Shown here: in pieces, positions 34,901 through 48,229 of the stretch
Layout: every line of letters starts with the position of its first letter
Position numbering within the stretch: position 1 is the stretch's first letter
Origin: Ranitomeya imitator
Lineage: Eukaryota
Direction of reading: 5' to 3'
NCBI RefSeq assembly: GCF_032444005.1
Contig: NC_091290.1
Span: 139,252,001 to 139,316,000 of the forward strand
DNA length: 64,000 bases
The notes under the pieces: generated by a model
Told to the model about the DNA's origin: nothing
Databases searched by the model: none
The model's input: the letters and a program-made list of their open reading frames with translations, nothing else
Made by a program: the position numbers and the translations under genes

Positions 34901-37052
34901 CCCAGGGCCGTACATACAAATCATGGGACAGAAAAGCAAAAGTCCAAGTTCGCCCCCATCACCTTCAAATGCTACTCCTTTTATGGACCCTGTACAGTAT
35001 GATTCACCCCCAAAATTCCCTTACACAGTGTGATCCCTCACAGTGAATTCTCCTACACAAATTGCTCCCACTGTACATCCCACATGCAGAGTATGAGGCC
35101 CCTACAATCAGGGTCGGACTTGCCTGGTGGGATATCCGGGAAATTCCTGGTGGCCCCTTGCTGTGAATGAGAGAGCTGGAGGGAGGAAAAAAAACCTGTA
35201 GGTTTTTAGGGGCAAGGGCCCTTTAAAAGCACAGGCAGAGTATGTTTAAAGGGCATGCATGCAGCGTTTGTTACCCGAATCGCCACGTTGTACGTCACGA
35301 TGAACGCTGATGTCACTGTCATGCGCCACGTGCACTCACGTCAGCCATTTTCACACTGGCTGAATGGTGGGGCAGGGAGCCAACAGCTCCCTGTTCCATC
35401 ATTGTATTCAACTCTGCCTTGTGAAGTAATAGCATTGAAACTGAGACAGTTTATCACCAGGACCCCCAGGGTATGGGTCCCCCAAGGTGCCTTTACCCCA
35501 GGCTTGTATTTCTTCGATTATAGAGAAAGGTTTAGAATCCCTGAATTTACAGATTATTTTTGCAGCACTCTTCACTATTTGACTCAACTTTCTGTTTGCT
35601 TTGCAACTCTGTATTTGCAAAACAGTTGCCAAGAATCCGCTTTTATTAAACCAGAAAAGGTCATTTTTATTGAAGGTTTCCATGAGAACAACAATAAATT
35701 AAATATTCTCGGCATTATCATTTTCCAGACGGATTTATTGGTATTGATTGAAGAGTGGCTGTAGTCAGTTTTCCGGGTGATCGGAGCACGCGATGTTCCA
35801 TCATTATCATTCTGTAAAGTTCTGGTTCGTGGTAGGAGACATCTCTCTGTTTTGTGTCGTGGTAAACCTGAAATCTCTTCTTCTCGTCGTCTCTGTTTTC
35901 AGACGCTTCATTTTCATTCTCCAAAAACATTTTGAAGTTTCAGAATAAAAGACGCTAAGAAAGAACAATTTGTACGCTGGCGTTCAGGGCTGTAGTGTTT
36001 GAACAATGTTGTGCTCACAAAGCCGGGGAAAATCTAATATATTCATGGCTACGGCAGCCGCCGCACCGTGTATACAAATCACATCTGATAACTCTCAATT
36101 ACCAGGATTTTTCCCTAAATAACAGAAGACCTAGATGTGAAGTTGTTTAACCCTTTCCCGACCCATGACGCCACGTAGGCGTCATGAAAGTCGGTGCCAT
36201 TCCGACCCATGACGCCTATGTGGCGTCATGGAAAGATCGCGTCCCTGCAGATCGGGTGAAAGGGTTAACTCCAATTTCACCCGATCTGCAGGGACAGGGG
36301 GAGTGGTAGTTTAGCCCAGGGGGGGTGGCTTCACCCCCTCGTGGCTACGATCGCTCTGATTGGCTGTTGAAAGTGAAACTGCCAATCAGAGCGATTTGTA
36401 ATATTTCACCTATTATAACGGGTGAAATATTACAATCCAGCCATGGCCGATGCTGAAATATCATCGGCCATGGCTGGAAATACTAATGTGCCCCCACCCC
36501 ACCGATCGCCCCCCCAGCCCTCCGATCTGGCCGGTACACTGCTCCGGCTCCCCTCCGTCCAGTGCTCCACTCCCCCCCGTGCTCTTGTCCGCTCCCCCCG
36601 TGCTCCAATCACCCCCCCCGTGCTCCAATCACCCCCCCTGCACTCCGATTCACCCCCCCCGGTGCTCCGTTCCACCCCCCCGTGCTCCATTCCAGCCCCC
36701 CCGTGCTCCATTCCACGCCCCCCCGTGCTCCATTCCACCCCTCCCGCACTCCGATTCCCCCCCCCCCGTGCTCCGATCCCCCCCCCGTGGTCCCCCCCAC
36801 CCCATCATACTTACCGATCCAGCCGGGGTCCCGTCCGTCTTCTCCCTGGGCGCCGCCATCTTCCAAAATGGCGGGCGCATGCGCAGTGCGCCCGCCGAAT
36901 CTGCCGGCCGGCAGATTCGTTCCAAAGTGCATTTTGATCACTGAGATAGATTATATCTCAGTGATCAAAATAAAAAAAATAATAAATGACCCCTCCCCTT
37001 TGTCACCCCCATAGGTAGGGACAATAAAAAAATAAAGAAATTTCTTTTTTTC

Positions 37053-37270
37053 NNNNNNNNNNNNNNNNNNNNNNNNNNNNNNNNNNNNNNNNNNNNNNNN
37101 NNNNNNNNNNNNNNNNNNNNNNNNNNNNNNNNNNNNNNNNNNNNNNNNNNNNNNNNNNNNNNNNNNNNNNNNNNNNNNNNNNNNNNNNNNNNNNNNNNNN
37201 NNNNNNNNNNNNNNNNNNNNNNNNNNNNNNNNNNNNNNNNNNNNNNNNNNNNNNNNNNNNNNNNNNNNNN
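37053..37270. other. Assembly gap (218 N)
   Basis: N run. Confidence 1.
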
Positions 37271-37273
37271 TTC

Positions 37274-37615
37274 GGTATGTTCACACGTATTCTGGTCCTC
37301 TGCGGATTTTTCTGCTGCGGATTTGATAAATCCGCAGTGCTAAACCGCTGCGGATTTATGGCGGATTTACCGCGGTTTTTCTGCGCATTTCACTGCGGTT
37401 TTACAACTGCGATTTTCTATTTGAGCAGTTGTAAAACCGCTGCGGAATCCGCACAAAGAAGTGACATGCTGCGGAATGTAAACCGCTGCCTTTCCGTGCA
37501 GTTTTTCCGCAGCATGGGCACAGCGATTTTTGTTTCCCGTAGGTTTACATTGAACTGTAAACTCATGGGAAACTGCTGCGGATCCGCAGCGTTTTCCGCA
37601 GCGTGTGCACATACC
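37274..37615. mobile_element. Harbinger-type MITE
   Basis: GGTATGTTCACACG ... CGTGTGCACATACC termini with internal TGCGG/CCGCA palindromes. Confidence 0.65.
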
Positions 37616-37625
37616 TTTAGAATTA

Positions 37626-37969
37626 GGCTATGTGCACACGGTGCGGATTTGGCTGCGGATCCGCAGCAGTGTTCCATCAGGTTTACAGTACCATGTAAAC
37701 ATATGAAAAACCAAATCCGCTGTGCCCATGGTGTGGAAAATACCGCGCGGAAACGCTGCGTTGTATTTTCCGTATCATGTCAATTCTTTGAGCGGATTCC
37801 GCAGCGTTTTACACCTGTTCCTCAATAGGAATCCGCAGGTGAAATCCGCACAAAAAACACTGGAAATCCGCGGAAAATCCGCAGGTAAAACGCAGTGCCT
37901 TTTACCCGCGGATTTTTCAAAAATGGTGCGAAAATATCTCACACGAATCCGCAACGTGGGCACATAGCC
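37626..37969. mobile_element. Harbinger-type MITE
   Basis: GGCTATGTGCACACG ... CGTGGGCACATAGCC; TTA TSD on both sides. Confidence 0.8.
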
Positions 37970-38125
37970 TTAGGGTTAGGGTTGGAATTAGGGTTGTGGT
38001 TATGGTTAGGGGTGTGTTGGGGTTAGGGTTGTGGTTAGGGGTGTGTTGCGGTTAGGGTTGTGTTTAGGGTTATGGCTACAGTTGGGATTAGGGTTAGGGG
38101 TGTGTTGGGGTTAGTGTTGGAGGTA
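37970..38125 (+). repeat. Degenerate (TTAGGG)n array
   Basis: TTAGGG units mixed with GGGGTGTG variants. Confidence 0.85.
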
Positions 38126-41100
38126 GAATTGAGGGGTTACCACTGTTTAGGCACATCAGGGGTCTCCAAACGCAACATGGCGCCACCATTGATTCCAGCC
38201 AATCTCGTATTCAAAAAGTCAAATGGTGCTCCCTCACTTCCGAGCCCTGACGTGTGCCCAAACAGTGGTTTACCCCCACATATGGGGTACCAGCATACTC
38301 AGGACAAACTGCGCAACAATTACTGGGGTCCAATTTCTCCTGTTACCCTTGTGAATCAAAAAAAATGCTTGCTAAAACATAATTTTTGAGGAAAGAAAAA
38401 TGATTTATTATTTTCACGGCTCTGCGTTGTAAACGTCTGTGAAGCACTTGGGGGTTCAAAGTGCTCACCACATATCTAGATAAGTTCTTTGGGGGGTCTA
38501 GTTTCTAAAATGGGGTCACTTGTGGGGGTTTCTACTGTTTAGGCACACCAGGGGCTCTGCAAACGCAACGTGACACCCGCAGACCATTCCATCAAAGTCT
38601 GCATTTCAAAAGTCACTACTTCCCTTCTGAGCCCCGACGTGTGCCCAAACAGTGGTTTACCCCCACTCATGGGGTATCAGCGTACTCAGGAGAAACTGGA
38701 CAACAACTTTTGGGGTCCAATTTCTCCTGTAACCCTTGGGAAAATAAAAAATTCTGGGCTAAATAATTATTTTTGAGGAAAGAAAACGTATTTATTATTT
38801 TCACGGCTCTGCATTATAAACTTCTATGAAGCACTTGGGGGTTCAAAGTGCTCACCACACATCTAGATAAGTTCCTTTCGGGGTCTAGTTTCCAAAATGG
38901 GGTCACTTGTGGGGGGTTTCTACTGTTTAGGCACATCAGGGGCTCTGCAAACGCAACGTGACGCCCGCAGAGCATTCCATCAAAGTCTGCATTTCAAAAC
39001 GTCACTACTTCAATTCCAAGCCCCGGCATGTGCCCAAACAGTAGTTTACCCCCACATATGGGGTATCACCGTACTCAGGAGAAACTGGACAACAAATATT
39101 GGGGTCAAATTTCTCCTGTTACCCTTGGGAAAATTAAAAAATTCTGGGCTAAATAATTATTTTTGAGGAAAGAAAACGTATTTATTATTTTCACGGCTCT
39201 GCATTATAAACTTCTATGAAGCGCTTGGGGGTTCAAAGTGCTCACCACACATCTAGATAAGTTCCTTTCGGGGTCTAGTTTCCAAAATGCGGTCACTTGT
39301 GGGGGGTTTCTACTGTTAAGCCACATCAGGGGCTCTGCAAACGCAATGTGACGCCCACAGAGCATTCCATCAAAGTCTGCATTTCAAAACGTCACTACTT
39401 CACTTCCGAGCCTCGGCATGTGCCCAAACAGTGGTTTACCCCCACATATGGGGTATCAGCGTACTCAGGAGAAACTGGACAACAACTTTTGGGGTCAAAT
39501 TTCTCCTGTTACCCTTGGGAAAATAAAAAATTGCAGGCTAAAAGATCATTTTTGAGAAAATAATTTTTTTTTTTTTTTCATGGCTCTGCGTTATAAACTT
39601 CTGTGAAGCACTTGGGGGTTCAAAGTCCTCACCACACATCTAGATTAGTTCCTTTGGGGGTCTAGTTTCCAAAATGGTGTCATTTCTGGGGGATCTCCAA
39701 TGTTTAGGCACACAGGGGCTCTCCAAACGTGACATGGTGTCCGCTAATGATTGGAGCTAATTTTCCATTTAAAAAGCCAAATGGCGTGCCATCCCTTCCG
39801 AGCCCTGCCGTGCGCCCAAACAGTGGTTTACCCCCACATATGGGGTATCAGCGTACTCAGGACAAACAGGACAACAATATTTGGGGTCCAATTTCTCCTA
39901 TTATCCTTGGCAAAATAGGAAATTCCAGGCTAAAAAATAATTTTTGAGGAAAGAAAAATTATTTTTTATTTTCATGGCTCTGCGTTATAAACTTCTGTGA
40001 AGCACCTGGGGGTTTAAAGTGCTCAATATGCATCTAGATAAGTTCCTTGGGGCGTCTAGTTTCCAAAATGGGGTCACTTGTGGGGAAGCTCCAATGTTTA
40101 GGCACACAGGGGCTCTCCAAACGCGACATGGTGTCCGCTAACAATTGGAGCTAATTTTCCATTCAAAAAGTCAAATGGCGCGCCTTCCCTTCCGAGCCCT
40201 GCCGAGTGCCCAAACAGTGGTTTACCCCCACATATGAGGTATCGACGTACTCGGGAGAAATTGCCCAACAAATTTTATGATCCATTTTACCCTACTGCCC
40301 ATGTGAAAATGAAAAAATTGAGGCGAAAAGAATTTTTTTGTGAAAAAAAAGTACTTTTTCATTTTTACAGATCAATTTGTGAAGCACCTGAGGGTTTAAA
40401 GTGCTCACTAGGCATCTAAATAAGTTCCTTGGGGGGTCTAGTTTCCAAAATGGGGTCACTTGTGGGGGAGCGCCAATGTTTAGGCACACAGGAGCTATCC
40501 AAACGCGACATGGTGTCCGCTAACGATGGAAATAATTTTTCATTCAAAAAGTCAAATGGCACTCCTTCCCTTCCGAGCCTTACCATGTGCCCAAACAGTG
40601 GTTTACCCCCACATGTGAGGTATTGGTGTACTCAGGAGAAATTGCCCAACACATTTTAGGATCCATTTTATCCTGTTGCCCATGTGAAAATGAAAAAATT
40701 GAGGCTAAAATAATTTTTTTGTGAAAAAAAAGTACTTTTTCATTTTTACGGATTAATTTGTGAAGCACCTGGGGGTTCAAAGTGCTCACTATGCATCTAG
40801 ATAAGTTCCTTGGGGCGTCTAGTTTCCAAAATGGGGTCACTTGTGGGGGAGCTCCAATTTTTAGGCACACGGGGGCTCTCCAAACGTGACATGGTGTCCG
40901 CTAAAGAGTGGAGCCAATTTTTGATTCAAAAAGTCAAATGGCGCTCCTTCCCTTCCAAGCCCTGCCGTGCGCCCAAACAGTGGTTTACCCCCACATATGA
41001 GGTATAAGCGTACTCAGGACAAATTGGACAACAACTTTCGTGGTTCAGTTTCTCCTTTTACCATTGGGAAAATAAAAAAATTGTTGCTAAAAGATAATTT
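38125..41100. repeat. ~381-394-bp tandem array (7-8 units) inside piggyBac-like element 1
   Basis: TCTAGATAAG-like anchor at 38475, 38862, 39252, 39639, 40033, 40415 and 40796. Confidence 0.9.
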
Positions 41101-42136
41101 TTGTGACTAAAAAGTTAAATGTTCATGTTTTCCTTCCATGTTGCTTCTGCTGCTGTGAAGCACCTGAAGGGTTAATAAACTTCTTGAATGTGGTTTTGAG
41201 TACCTTGAGGGGTGCAGTTTTTAGAATGGTGTCACTTTTGGGTATTTTCAGCCATATAGACCCTTCAAACTGACTTCAAATGTGAGGTGGTCCCTAAAAA
41301 AAATGGTTTTGTAAATTTCGTTGTAAAAATGACAAATCGCTGGTCAAATTTTAACCCTTATAACTTCCTAACAAAAAAAAATTTTGTTTCCAAAATTGTG
41401 CTGATGTAAAGTAAACATGTGGGAAATGTTATTTATTAACTATTTTGTGTCACATATCTCTCTGGTTTAACAGAATAAAAATTCAAAATGTGAAAATTGC
41501 GAAATTTTCAATATTTTCGCCAAATTTCCGTTTTTATCACAAATAAACGCAGAATTTATTGACCTAAATTTACCACTAACATGAAGCCCAATATGTCACG
41601 AAAAAACAATCTCAGAACCGCTAGGATCCGTTGAAGCGTTCCTGAGTTATTACCTCATAAAGGGACACTGGTCAGAATTGCAAAAAATGGCAAGGTCTTT
41701 AAGGTCAAAATAGGCTGGGTCATGAAGGGGTTAAGGTTACTATCTAAGCTAAAGGATACTTCTTTAATATCTTCTTCATCACCTTGTTCACCTGGCTGCA
41801 GCCTGCCCTGACATTTGACTACTGACTGTTGTTGGAGATCTCCATCTGCCCTGACCTTGGCCTGACTTGCCTTCGCCCCGAAACTGGTATTCACCTTCCT
41901 GAACAGGCCAAATTTTACAAGTCTGACCAGTGTCACTTTATGTGGAAATAACTCTGGAACGCTTCAAGGAATCCCACTCATTCTGAGACTGTTTTTCGTG
42001 ACATATTGTATTTTATGTTAGGGGTAAATTTAAATCGAAATTTTTAATGTTTAATTGTGAAAATATAAAAATTTTAGCAAAAAGTGTGAAAATGTTGCTA
42101 TTTTCAAATTTTCATCTTTAATATCCTTAAACCAGT

Positions 42137-42801
42137 TGTCACGCAGTGCCTTGAAACTGTGGTTGCTAACCAGGTCCCTAGACCTAGGGGTGCCCTAGTC
42201 TATCCCCTGAATTACTCCTGAGGGTGGAAACCCTGAATTCTCATGCCTTGCAATGCTCTTAGATCAACCCTTATCTGTCCCCACCCCCACCCAGGGAGGT
42301 GGGAAGTTGAAGTGTATAGGATAAAACTACCTAGACAAACCAGGAAAGATAGACAGGGGTAAATGAAAATAACAATCATATAAAATACACTCACCAAACA
42401 ACAGAATGTAACACAGGGGAGTTAAAGAGAGGAGAAACCAAATAGGAGAGGATGTGCACACAAACAAAACTCACAGCAACAATCTCCTGAACAAATCTCC
42501 AAACTCCAACCAGGAACTACACCTCCCACTCAAAACCAGGCAGTAAGAGCTAACACTGGCAATTCCAAGGTGCCAATTGCGAGCATATATAGCAGAGGGG
42601 AGTGGCAAACAGTGAACAGCTGAGACACTCCAGGCAGGATAGCTTAGGGAGCTTCAACTGAACAGATTAACCCTTGCACAGCCATCAATTAAAAAAACTG
42701 CACTGTTTAATAAGATGGTGAATACTACAAACCAGAACAGGAGTTCGTGAAACCAGACGCCGCAATCTTCTGTCTCCTCCCTGTGGCGGTATCCCTGTAC
42801 A
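42137..42801. mobile_element. Solo LTR (665 bp)
   Basis: TGTCAC...TGTACA with a perfect 5-bp TSD CCAGT (42132-42136 and 42802-42806). Confidence 0.8.
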
Positions 42802-43599
42802 CCAGTTAGTCATGCTGTACAAAATAATTTATAACAAACATTTCCCTACTGTTTACTTTTTATCAGCACAATTTTTGAAAAATATATTTGTAGAGATACG
42901 GGGTGAGTGGGTGCTCTCATCAGCTGGCCTGGCTGTCTTTAGAAAGACTGCATGGACCAGGGCTTATACCACTGAACGCCCGCTCTCTTTCCCCATGGGC
43001 AGAACACTACTCTGACAACACAGGGTGAGGATAAAACAGTGTGGCAATGATTTATTGAACCACCAACACAGAATAGCATATAGGACAGTCCCAGCAAATA
43101 ACCAAGATGGTGCAAATTACAGAGTCTCACCCTTCCGCTGACTCACTGGGATTAGAGCTGCTTCCCCGAATACTCCCACCAGTGGCTCTCCACTTTTGGC
43201 GAGCCTCGACAGGAAGGAGGTAACGACAAGCTTTGGAAGTTGACAGTCCATTGATATACAGTATCAGGCCAGGTGACTTGATTGTCCCAACCTGGATTCT
43301 ATAAATATCTTTGAGGATCAATGAGGTAGCTCTGTATTTCTTCAGTTGGAGTGAAGATGCCATGACTTCTGTAATTTAGACTGTCCTTTTTTTAGGTCAC
43401 AACTCCTCATTCCGGCACTCCTCCACAGGCTTGGGGAAGGTGGAAGGACACCATCCCTCAGTGCTGGTGTTCAAACAACATGCATAGATTGTCTTTCATA
43501 TTGCAGAGCACCAATGGTTTATCAACATATTAACATTTAGAATTGAGAGTCCTCAGTGGCTGATACCTTTTAATGGCTAACTGAAAAGATGGTAACAAA

Positions 43600-43640
43600 T
43601 TGCAAGCTTTTGAGACTACTCGGGTCCCTTCATCGGGCAA
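43600..43640 (-). ncRNA. Minimal type I hammerhead ribozyme, degenerate
   Basis: TTGC-CCGATGA-AGGGAC CCGAGTA GTCTC-AAAA-GCTT-GCAA; core U4C and G12A substitutions. Confidence 0.75.
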
Positions 43641-43874
43641 AGACTAATACAAATTATGAAGAATCACATATTAATGCAAAATACATCCCAGAAATAATGC
43701 CATAGATAAGACAGGTGATGTGAAGCAGAACTACCATTACGTGAGAGTGATAAACAGTTGTGTCCATAAATATTGGGACAGTTCATAGATAAGGAGTGTG
43801 AATGTTTTATTGTCCTCTGATTGGGGTCTGGTTCTGTGTTATGATGCCCCCAAACGGTTTGAGGAGCAAATTCC

Positions 43875-44170
43875 TTATTTGATGTAAAAAGACATAAATC
43901 CATGTGACACATTCATTCCTGCACTGAGAGTGTCAAAGGTCATCATCAGTTTATATTCCCAGACTCTTCTGTCTCTCTGAGATTTGAAATTACCTTTTAA
44001 TACAAGTAATCTCATGTCCATGGTGCTGTGATTAGGGAGACAAAAATGTTTGGCCACAGGTAGATCTATTCTTTTTTCTCTTATTGTGTGGCGATGAGAG
44101 TTCATCCTTGTTCTCAGTTTTTGCCCTGTCTCCCCTACATACAGACCCCCAGTTGGACATTTATGACAAA
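43875..44170 (-). pseudogene. C-terminal GIY-YIG endonuclease fragment of a Penelope-like element
   Basis: LYVGET motif with downstream conserved R, H, E and N residues in ORF 43875-44288. Confidence 0.88.
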
Positions 44171-44201
44171 CTAGATGGTGGCCCGATTCTAATGCATCGG
44201 G
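44171..44201 (-). mobile_element. Helitron-like 3' terminus abutting the Penelope fragment
   Basis: Minus strand: CCCGAT-GCATTAGA-ATCGGG hairpin, 7 nt, then CTAG|T. Confidence 0.55.
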
Positions 44202-45046
44202 TATTCTAGAAAATGTATGTAGTTTATTTATGAAGTTTTCAGAATAATGCAATTTATACACAGGATTCGGCTGGCCAGGCACGACCAATTAGCGAAACGT
44301 GGTTCAAATTCCTCCCCAATTCGCGGCCGGACTGCGCCTGTCGTTGACTGTTCACGGCCGGCCGGGCGTGACCAATCAGTGAAGCCAGGGCCGGCTCCAG
44401 GTTTTTGAGGGCCCCAGGCGAAAGAATCTCAGTGGCCCCCCTCTTTAACACATACCACGATTCATGATGCACAGATATAGCAGAGAAATATACCACAGCC
44501 AAGTAGCATATAACACAACCCACGTAGCATATAACACAGCCCACGTGGCATAGGCAGCATCAATAGTAAAAAGTTGGTCACACAGGGATCGTGGGATTCA
44601 CTCTAAATCATGGGTAAGCCTTTATGATTACTTTGGTGTATTTTGAGACTGGTGGCATGTTTACCTATGAAACTGTGTTATGGACTTAATGACAAGCTTT
44701 GTCTCTTTCACCTTGTGCATTGGCACATTAACTGGGCTTTTACTATGATGAATTTTACTTCTGTTCCCATGTACTCTCTGCTATACCACTAGTTTGTTCC
44801 TTGGATGTCTCCTGTATGTATTGTATTACGTTTTTTGATATATTTGTTCTTTCATATTTACTAAATAAATGAAATATATTATAATGATTTGTGAGATTTT
44901 GTGCTTACTCCATGTTTTTGGTTTGGATTTATCAGGGAGTATTCTTACACAAAAAAATTATTGTCTTGACGGTTTTGATGGAAGAGTGATAGTATTTTAC
45001 TCTTGGCCACAGTGTAACTTTGTGCTTTATGACCCGTTAAATAAAT

Positions 45047-46900
45047 GCTCCTGATGAGGCGGCGGATGGTCTCCTGAGGCATCTCCTCCCAGACCTGGAC
45101 TAAAGCATCCACCAACTGGACAGTCTGTGGTGCAAGGTGACGTTGGTAGATGGTGCGAGACATGATGTCCCAGATGTGTTCAATCGGATTCAGGTCTGGG
45201 GAACTGGCGGGCCAGTCCGTAGCTTCAATGCCTTTATCTTGCAGGAACTGCTGACACACTCTAGCCACATGAGGTCTGGCATTGTCCTGCATTAGGAGGA
45301 ACCCAGGGCCAACCACACCAGCATATGTGTCACGCCGTTTACTGCGATAAAGGGGCAGGACGGCGTACTGGAACCCGCACCTGTCACTGCCACTATAAGG
45401 GGCCCTGGCTTTCCCTTATCTCAGGGGTACCTATGAAGGTTAGGAGGCCTGAGCCGCCAGCGTATCCCTGTCTCCTGTGCAGGCCCTATCAGTGACCCCC
45501 TCTCCCCCCCAAGAGAGGTGGACTGCACCAGTGTATAAATATCACCATAACAGAGTATACAGACAAGGAAAAGGAAAACCACACTTAGCTTAATGCTGCA
45601 AGGCACAACACAGCAGGAAAAAACACTAGATACAACGGACACAGCTGTAGAACAATAGTTCCCAGCTAGCTCCTTCTCCCGGCTTGGTCGCTGAAGAATG
45701 AACTAACACCAACAGTCAGCTGATGAACCAGGTGACCTCTTAAAGGATGGAGGGAGTGGTCACTACAAACATCAGCCGACCCAGCAGCAATGCAATAACA
45801 TAAGCGGCCACCGGGGGGGGGGGGGGAAACTGCATTAACCCCCGATGACCAGAAAGGAAAAAAGGTCTAAAACTGAGGCAACCAGATCTGCCACAAATCC
45901 AAAATTGGATCGTGACAATATGGTCTCACAAGGGGTCTGAGGATCTCATCTCGGTACCCAATGGCAGTCAGACTACCTCTGGCGAACACATGGACGGCTG
46001 TGTGGCCCTCCAAAGAAATGCCACCCCACACCATTACTGACCCACTGCCAAACAGGTCATGCTGAAGGATTTTGCAGGCAGCAGATTGCTCTCCACAGAG
46101 TCTCCAGACTCTGTCATGTCTGTCACATGTGTTCAGTGTGAACCTGCTTTCATCTGTGAAGAGCACAGGACGCCAGTGGCGAAATTGCCAATCCTGGTCT
46201 TCTGTGGCAAATACCAAGCATCCTGCACGGTGTTGGCCTGTGAGCACAACCCCCATCTGTGGATGTCGGGCACTCAGACCATCCTCATGGAGTCGGTTTC
46301 TAACCGTTTCTGCAGACGCATGCACATTTGTGGCCTGCTGGAGGTCATTTTGCAGGCCTCTGGCAGTGCTCCTCCTGTTCCTCCTTGCACAAAGTCTGAG
46401 GTAGCGGTCCTGCTGCTGGGTTGTTGCCCTCCTACAGCCCCCTCCACGTCTCCTGGTGTACTGGCCTGTCTCCTGGTAGCGCCTCTAGCCTCTGCACACT
46501 ACGCTGACAGACACAGCAAACCTTCTTGCCACAGCCCGCATTGATGTGCCATCCTGGATGAGCTGCACTATCTGAGCCACTTGTGTGGGTTGTAGAGTCC
46601 GTCTCATGCTACCACGAGTGTGAAAGCACAACCAACATCCAAAAGTGACGAAAACATCAGCCAGAAAGCATTGGTACTGTGATGTGGTCTGTGGTCCCCA
46701 CCTGCAGAACCACTCCTTTATTGAGTGGGTCTTGATAATTGCCAATAATTTCCATTTGTCTATTCCATTTGCACAACAGCATGTGAAATTGATTGTCAAT
46801 CAGTGTTGCTTCCTAAGTGGACAGTTTGATTACACAGAAGTTTGATTTACTTGGAGTTATATTCTGTTGTTTAAATGTTCCCTTAACTTTTTGAGCAGCG
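45047..46900 (-). mobile_element. Tc1-family transposon, 3'-truncated and interrupted by a solo LTR
   Basis: [28 protein letters not shown] | AG..LMQDNARPH, SPDLNPIEHIW; terminus ...TTGAGCAGCG-TA at 46900. Confidence 0.9.
45328..45917. mobile_element. Solo LTR (590 bp)
   Basis: TGTCACG...CGTGACA with a perfect 5-bp TSD ATATG. Confidence 0.9.
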
Positions 46901-47628
46901 TATAATATATATATATATATATATATACATACACACAGCTATATGAAAAAGTGTGGGCACCCCTATTAATCTAGGAATCATATAGACCCAGAAAAAAATC
47001 TTTATTAAACTTGATTAAAAATGCCACCAACCTGTGGCTGCACCAAGAAAAAATATACAAAAAAACACAAAAACACCGTGAAAAAACTAGGGAGGGGAAA
47101 AAAAAAAAGACAAATCCCTAGAATATACCTAGGTCACGCCTACCTAACAGCGGGGGTTGGCACCCTATGGGGAAAGATGTGGCGCCCCCGCTCCGCGTCG
47201 GCTGAACCCTAGGGTCCCTGATAAACCCTAATGATCCCCAAAGGGTCCCTCTACCCACACAATGGTGTACTGAAGGTACCCCTCGAAGCTAGACATATAA
47301 CAACTATATCTAGGGAAGCCTCAAACCCCACACCTGTGAGTTAAAAACAATAAGAGAACATGCAGAGGGCTATTGACAGTCGCATGTTGCCACCCTCACG
47401 TATGATGTGTGACCTATGTGGCAACAAATACACACATTTGCGCAGATGATACTGCCTGTGCTTCAATCAAACCTGTGGGGGGCATGCCACTGCAAAACTC
47501 CACCCCACCATAACAAATGCAGATGAACATATCATGCCTCATGCCCCAAAATCCATTGACAAATACAGGCATATATATATAGCGATACTCATCATAACAT
47601 TCTGCGCCGTCAGCCCACTGTTCCTAAT

Positions 47629-47668
47629 AGCGTCAACGCGTTTCGCCTAGCTGGCTCATCAGGAGGCC
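47629..47668 (-). ncRNA. Minimal type I hammerhead ribozyme (left arm)
   Basis: GGCCTC-CTGATGA-GCC AGCTA GGC-GAAA-CGCGT-T-GACGCT. Confidence 0.75.
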
Positions 47669-48229
47669 CGATTTCTTATCATGTGTCTCGATGGTGCAAA
47701 GATGTCTAAAGGGTTCTGATGAATATTACCTCAGTTTTAAACAAAGTCCGCCGGAAAACCGCGCCACCCTCCACTTCCTGTGTAGATCCGGAAGCAGAAT
47801 GGATGCTCGGCTCTGATTGGTGAAGCAGGGAACTGTCTCTACGGTTGCGCACCATGGACCGCAATATGCGTGTCACCTCGTACCAAATACTGGCAATAAG
47901 TGTATCGTCACCTGCGCCTGCGCTCCCATGAGGGGCGCAATCCTGATTGGTGGACCGGGAAAAACATTGCTGCAGTTACGCAGCTCGTACATACCAGTTT
48001 GAGCTCTGATCGAGAGTGGGTGTATACAATGGCAAAAAACACCGCCCTTTTGCCTTGCTGCGGCTGCTTAGGTGCGCGCAGCCGCAGCAAGGCAAAAGGG
48101 CCTCTTCCGGATCTACACAGGAAGTGGAGGGTGGCGCGGTTTTCCGGCGGACTTTGTTTAAAACTGAGGTAATATTCATCAGAACCCTTTAGACATCTTT
48201 GCACCATCGAGACACATAATAAGAAATCG

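Larger units (their letters stand above)
36151..41730. mobile_element. Large non-autonomous piggyBac-like element 1
   Basis: TTAA-CCCTTTCCCGACCC ... GGGTCATGAAGGGG-TTAA. No transposase. Right ~600 bp is homologous to 53644-54230. Confidence 0.8.
43530..44170 (-). mobile_element. Penelope-like element 3' remnant (GIY-YIG endonuclease plus pseudo-LTR)
   Basis: CHKCPTGGLYVGETGQKLRTRMNSHR...VAKHF...RRVWEYK...GMN, followed by a hammerhead remnant and an ATTAAA signal. Confidence 0.9.

Noticed and set aside
34406-35046. Overlapping SVSSSCTP/VIILYPKCQ ORFs
   Set aside because: Minisatellite translations.
36422-37014. Pro-rich ORFs resembling extensin or formin
   Set aside because: C-rich ~20-bp repeats inside the piggyBac-like element.
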